Assembly (NCBI GenBank): GCA_023245415.1
Contig: JAHFKJ010000003.1
Span: forward strand, 7,196-71,195
Reading direction: 5' to 3'
Origin: Candidatus Gottesmanbacteria bacterium
Lineage (GTDB): Bacteria; Patescibacteriota; Microgenomatia; UBA10105
DNA length: 64,000 bases
Shown: positions 59,931 through 64,000 of the stretch, one piece after another
Position numbering within the stretch: position 1 is the first letter of the stretch
Layout of the letters: the number at the start of each line of letters is the position of its first letter
Position numbers and translations under genes: made by a program
The notes under the pieces: model-generated
The model's database searches: none
What the model was told of the DNA's origin: nothing
What the model saw: the letters and a program-made list of their open reading frames with translations, nothing else

Positions 59931-60641
59931 ATGATTGTGAATAAAAATATTTTTGGATTTGTTTTAGCAACTTCTTTAACAATATCAGTAACTTTTCCGG
60001 TTTCTGCGATTGAGAAGAAAGAATCGGCAAGGTATGACCTCAAACAGGATTTTCAGGATGAAGAGAAGGAAAGGACCGCATCCCGTTCAAATACACTTAA
60101 CGTCATAAGAGGAACTAGGGTTGAAATTTCCGGTGGGGAAATTAAAACTATCGAGAGTTCAAAAATTACTGTTGAAAAAGACAGTAAGACTTATATCGTT
60201 GTAACTGATCACAAAACTCGATTTCATCGCAAGTATTGGGGTAATACCGGAATAGCAGAAATGATTATAGGAGACAAAGTAAATGTTCGCGGGATTTGGG
60301 ATGATGAAACAGTGTATAGGGTAAAAGCCTATTTTATTCGAGATCTCTCGATCCAAAAACGCTTCGGAGTTTTCTTTGGCACTATCAATACAAAATCTGA
60401 TACTGGATTTGTTCTCGATACAGGTAAAAGAGGAGTACAAACAGTGACTATTAAATCTGACACACACTATACCAACCGTAAAGACGAGACGATTACGTTA
60501 GGTGATCTCAAAGAAGGAGATAAAGTACGACTTCGAGGGTTGTGGAATTCACAAAATTTAACGATAACCGAAGTTGAAAAAATTAAAGATTTTTCATTGC
60601 CCCAATTTTTAAGTCCTTCTTCAACACCGACAACTCAATAA
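59931..60641 (+). CDS. Hypothetical secreted protein with two internal repeats
   Basis: Signal peptide (...TFPVSA/IE); repeats KVNVRGIWDDETVYRV and KVRLRGLWNSQNLTITEV. Confidence 0.45.
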   Translation: MIVNKNIFGFVLATSLTISVTFPVSAIEKKESARYDLKQDFQDEEKERTASRSNTLNVIRGTRVEISGGEIKTIESSKITVEKDSKTYIVVTDHKTRFHRKYWGNTGIAEMIIGDKVNVRGIWDDETVYRVKAYFIRDLSIQKRFGVFFGTINTKSDTGFVLDTGKRGVQTVTIKSDTHYTNRKDETITLGDLKEGDKVRLRGLWNSQNLTITEVEKIKDFSLPQFLSPSSTPTTQ

Positions 60642-60667
60642 ACGTGAGAAGTTCATAAACTTCTTAA

Positions 60668-60701
60668 AAGGCGACTTACAGTCGCCTTGTGGGTATTTTT
60701 T
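60668..60701 (+). terminator. Rho-independent terminator
   Basis: AAGGCGAC-TTACA-GTCGCCTT then GTGGGTATTTTTT. Confidence 0.6.
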
Positions 60702-60759
60702 CAGGTAAGCTGGAAAGTCCTGAGAGCTTCGTTTTAGCCGCTTTGTTATAATACATTTA

Positions 60760-60830
60760 TTGCCGGATCGTCTAACGGTAGGACAACGGACTCTGAATCC
60801 GTTTATCTTGGTTCAAATCCAGGTCCGGCA
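60760..60830 (+). tRNA. tRNA-Gln (anticodon CUG); 3' CCA not encoded
   Basis: TGCCGGA acceptor (U1-A72) pairing with TCCGGCA; anticodon stem ACGGA/TCCGT with loop CTCTGAA (anticodon CTG); T-loop TTCAAAT; discriminator G followed by CAA; extended -10 TGTTATAAT at 60745-60753. Confidence 0.85.
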
Positions 60831-61136
60831 GCAAGTAAGAGTTGAAAAGAGGTAGGGAGATAGCGTTTGTCGTATTCCCACCCGCCGCGCCTCCGAAACA
60901 GTCGGCTCGTAAAGACAAAACCAGAATGATTTTGTCTCATAGAAAACGCAAACATTTTAAAGAACTTTTTAATCTCTTTTAAGTATCCTTCGAAAGCAGG
61001 AATTCCTCGCTCCTTACGACGTATGTACACTTGTCATCCCCGCGATCCTTCAGCAAGCTCAGAACTGGTGAACGAAGTCGAACCAAAGCGGGGATCTGTT
61101 CAAGAAGATTCCCGATTCGTTCGGCAGTGACAAACC

Positions 61137-61168
61137 CTTGCGGCTTGCCGCGAGGAGTTTCATTTTTA
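61137..61168 (+). terminator. Candidate rho-independent terminator closing a non-coding segment downstream of tRNA-Gln
   Basis: CTTGCGGC-TT-GCCGCGAG hairpin followed by GAGTTTCATTTTTA. Confidence 0.4.
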
Positions 61169-61197
61169 CAAAACCTTGCTATATAATGTAGTGCAAT

Positions 61198-62622
61198 ATG
61201 CTTGCATCGTTACGACTTCATTATGCGGAATTATTAAAAAAGTTCGGTAGATTTAAAATAATTTTTATAGTTTTACCCTATTTGGTTTTAGTAGTACTTT
61301 GTTTTTATTTTGCTTATCAAAGATGTGTACCCATTTTCACTAATGATGGCGTCAAATATACGAGAAAAAGTATCTGTGGCAAGATTAAATCAGCTGAAGT
61401 ATTGCCCACACCTAAAAATCCAAACGAAAAGAAAGTTGATGTAAAAGTTAACACCGATAGCGAGGTAAACTATTGGGAAATAATTGACATCAGTAAAAGT
61501 CCACATTTCTCAACAGGATTAAAAGTCTATGATAAAGATTTACCTAGTCCAGTTGTAAGATGGAATAATTTTTTACTTGGGGTCAATCAAGAACATTATA
61601 TAGAAAAAAGTGGAGAAGCTTTTTTGGGAAGTCCAGCCTCTGAGCGTTATACACTACAATCTCAAATTAGAACGGTGCGTACTTACAACATAGATACGGG
61701 TGAAACCTTTGATATATCTTTAGAAAAACCAATTTGGGAAAAAATTTGGTATATAACAAGCCAAGTTGTAGATGATACCTATTATTTTGGTATTGGCGGT
61801 GCATATGGTGCATCACTTGGATACAAGGTGGATTTACCGCCTCAAAGGACATCACGAATTACGAAATTAAAGACGACTATCGGAAATGAGATAACAAAAT
61901 ATGGGAATGTCTATGTTAGTAGCTCGTGCTATGAAGGGTGTACATACTCACTTTTTAATCCAAGTTCATTGACAACATCTCCTCTTCAACGAATGACAGA
62001 CGCTTCAAATGACTACATCAACAATCGTAAAGAAGAATTTATGGGTATAGATAGTCAAGGACGAATGATTCTAAATATTAGAGATATTCCAAAAGACAGC
62101 AATAATCAACAATCTTTTGAAACAGATGCAATTGCAGTAGTTCCTCTCACTGACGAAAAATCGACAATCATTCTGTTAAAAGCGAGTGAGCTACCTGAAA
62201 AGATACATAGATATTCCATGATCTATGGAATAGATAAAATCTTGATGTTAGGGTTTTCAAAAGCTTATATCTACAACATGGCATCAAATAAATTTAATGA
62301 GATTCAGATTGGGTTAAAACTTAAAGAACTTCTTTCTTCTAATAACAACATCTCAATTACAAAGACTGATAAAGCAGCCTGCATTGCTGATATGGAATCC
62401 ATAAAATACGCAATTGATCTTACAACCGAAACTTACTCGGATACACCACCTAATGACTGTAAAAAATTATATGCTGAGAAAAGTAAAGAAGATATTTTTA
62501 AAGAATTAAAGTTACCTGATAATTTTGAGTTTGTTTACACACCAACTATATATAAAACTTACAATGTAGTAAAGAGAACGCCCGAATCAGAATTACCGAA
62601 TGATTCAAAAGTTATCAAATAA
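61198..62622 (+). CDS. Hypothetical N-terminally anchored extracytoplasmic protein (474 aa)
   Basis: N-terminal TM (IIFIVLPYLVLVVLCFYFAY); no recognised domain; TATAAT 10 nt upstream of the ATG. Confidence 0.5.
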   Translation: MLASLRLHYAELLKKFGRFKIIFIVLPYLVLVVLCFYFAYQRCVPIFTNDGVKYTRKSICGKIKSAEVLPTPKNPNEKKVDVKVNTDSEVNYWEIIDISKSPHFSTGLKVYDKDLPSPVVRWNNFLLGVNQEHYIEKSGEAFLGSPASERYTLQSQIRTVRTYNIDTGETFDISLEKPIWEKIWYITSQVVDDTYYFGIGGAYGASLGYKVDLPPQRTSRITKLKTTIGNEITKYGNVYVSSSCYEGCTYSLFNPSSLTTSPLQRMTDASNDYINNRKEEFMGIDSQGRMILNIRDIPKDSNNQQSFETDAIAVVPLTDEKSTIILLKASELPEKIHRYSMIYGIDKILMLGFSKAYIYNMASNKFNEIQIGLKLKELLSSNNNISITKTDKAACIADMESIKYAIDLTTETYSDTPPNDCKKLYAEKSKEDIFKELKLPDNFEFVYTPTIYKTYNVVKRTPESELPNDSKVIK

Positions 62623-63403
62623 ATTGATTTACTTCGCAAGCAAAAAATTCGCGCATGCAAAAAATAGTCCGCCAAAGGCGGATAAACTATGGCACTGCTG
62701 GTGGGCACATTCGGCAAGTTCAGTGTAAAGGCGCCGCGTTGTCCTCTTCGCCGAAGCCTCGGTGAAGGTGGAAACAAGCGAGCCGTGAAGCGAGACGACA
62801 GTGCCCTGCCGTAGCTTCACACTCCGGTATACCAAAATACTGGATAATGAAGCTACGGAATTGTTAGCAAAGATTTCTTGAGGTTAGGAGACATTAAAGT
62901 CCTATCCTTAATGTAGAGTGGTTTACCGATTGCCTCCACAGGCTTAAGTTTCTCTTCTGGGGTGTATTCCATATAATATGAGGATATTCTAAGACTTAAT
63001 TTAAAACTCCTAATTTAAATCCCCAATCGTTGGATCGTGGGAAGTTTATCTAACAGTAAATTTCCTTAATAACACGTGCGTGGTATACTGGTAAAATTAT
63101 GAAAATTTTACTGTCAGCGCATATAGATCTGGCTAGACCAGTTATGTCCATTAGAATGAATGATAAAAATCTACTCGGATTGGTTGATAATCTTGCAGGT
63201 GTATTATTCATCTTTCATTGATCATATAATTGTGGGCAAGTAATTATGATCAATAAATTCATGCTTCAAATGTTTTTAGACTTAACAAATTTAAAGTGAG
63301 ACTACTTGTTCAGATTAATGGGTTCCGACCAGGGTTGACACTATTAAACAGCTCTCGGTGTTGTGACGAGAGCTGTATAATTCACGTAAAGGACTAATCC
63401 TTT

Positions 63404-63901
63404 CTACCAAATATGTTTTCCTAGACCTCTCATACCTCCTCTAAATCCGCCGAAGAAGTAGTTAAGATCAATGTTGTTTTGCTTGGCCCATGACTCAATT
63501 TCTTGTTTTTGAGCTGCAAAGGCATCGCGTCGCAGTTGCGGAGTCATATTTTGCAAATTCTGTCGCTCTGCTTCTCGTTTTGTCTTTAATTCTTGCTGTT
63601 TCGTGAGGATTAACTGTTTTTGAGCTTCAGTTAATTTGCCATCTTTTACAGCTTGAGTTAGTCTGTCTTCAATTCGAGTTTGCATTTGAGCTTGACGATC
63701 TTTCATTGATTCGTCAAACACCGCTTGTACATCAGCTTGTTTAAGTCCGAATTTTTGCACTAGTTTTTCAATGATTGATGCATGCCAATTGGTGGGGCTT
63801 TGGGCAAATGCTTTCGTTGTTCCAAGTATTACAGTTCCTAAAACTACAATAACAACGAGTGATACGATTAGTTTTTGTTTCATATATTCACCTCCCTTCA
63901 A
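63404..63901 (-). CDS. Periplasmic/secreted coiled-coil protein with LTxxQ motif (Spy/CpxP-like)
   Basis: Signal peptide ending AFAQS; LTEAQKQ (LTxxQ) and Q/K/E-rich helices; weak terminator hairpin CAGCTCTCG...CGAGAGCTG at 63340-63367 downstream on the minus strand. Confidence 0.4.
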   Translation of the reverse strand: MKGGEYMKQKLIVSLVVIVVLGTVILGTTKAFAQSPTNWHASIIEKLVQKFGLKQADVQAVFDESMKDRQAQMQTRIEDRLTQAVKDGKLTEAQKQLILTKQQELKTKREAERQNLQNMTPQLRRDAFAAQKQEIESWAKQNNIDLNYFFGGFRGGMRGLGKHIW

Positions 63902-64000
63902 TATTATTTTTTATTCGACTACAGGCTAGTATTAAAGCCAAAATAATAAGGATAGGTGAAAACGATGTAACTTGAGTAACAAAAGATAAAAGACTTGCAA

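Noticed and set aside
60803-61030. 75-aa minus-strand ORF
   Set aside because: It overlaps tRNA-Gln and the GC-rich non-coding segment; it has no ribosome-binding site or family resemblance
60831-61197. tmRNA, SRP RNA or 6S RNA in the GC-rich segments (also at 62690-62830)
   Set aside because: I could not find the tRNA-like GGGG...UUCGAC / CCUCCACCA ends, a tag ORF ending in LAA, or the SRP helix-8 GGAAGGAAGCAGC motif; left as unassigned candidate ncRNA
1-64000. CRISPR arrays, integrases/transposases and toxin-antitoxin pairs
   Set aside because: No regularly spaced direct repeats of CRISPR size were seen, and no ORF in the window resembles cas, integrase or transposase families

Overview
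This 64 kb window is gene-dense (about 60 CDS, 3 RNA genes) and AT-rich with small genes; the Gram-positive-like (no outer membrane) envelope proteins are compatible with a small-genome bacterium such as a CPR/Patescibacteria member, but lineage is an inference only. Standard code 11 is in use (TGA and TAA both terminate, e.g. recA ends in TGA). Left to right the window carries: a partial GIY-YIG nuclease gene and tRNA-Ser(UGA); recA-recX; RNase Y; HU; an ABC-2 ATPase followed by two tandem permease pairs; a Cof-type HAD phosphatase; miaB-like and miaA separated by a small nested inverted-repeat element; an AI-2E transporter; SAM decarboxylase; an EamA transporter; a full-length homologue of guanidinoacetate N-methyltransferase; a membrane protein, small protein, soluble GAF histidine kinase and lone receiver domain; a type IV pilus locus (pilB, pilC, three minus-strand prepilin-like genes, pilM/N-like, pilO-like and two paralogous pilin genes) with the RNase P RNA gene embedded between the pilins on the opposite strand; ruvAB; a divergent GT28-like glycosyltransferase; a cell-envelope cluster (Ddl-like ATP-grasp, C39-like peptidase, class A PBP, 2096-aa alpha-2-macroglobulin with a CTEQ thioester); comM; a 46-aa zinc-ribbon protein missed by the ORF track; DUF4446/DUF3048/wHTH/secDF; cca; recJ interrupted by an in-frame TAA; aspS; dacA-like; gltX; era; and tRNA-Gln(CUG) followed by GC-enriched non-coding segments, hypothetical envelope proteins and a 0.8 kb gene-poor tail. 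Every call rests on motif recognition in the supplied translations and on inspection of the DNA; no database searches were run.
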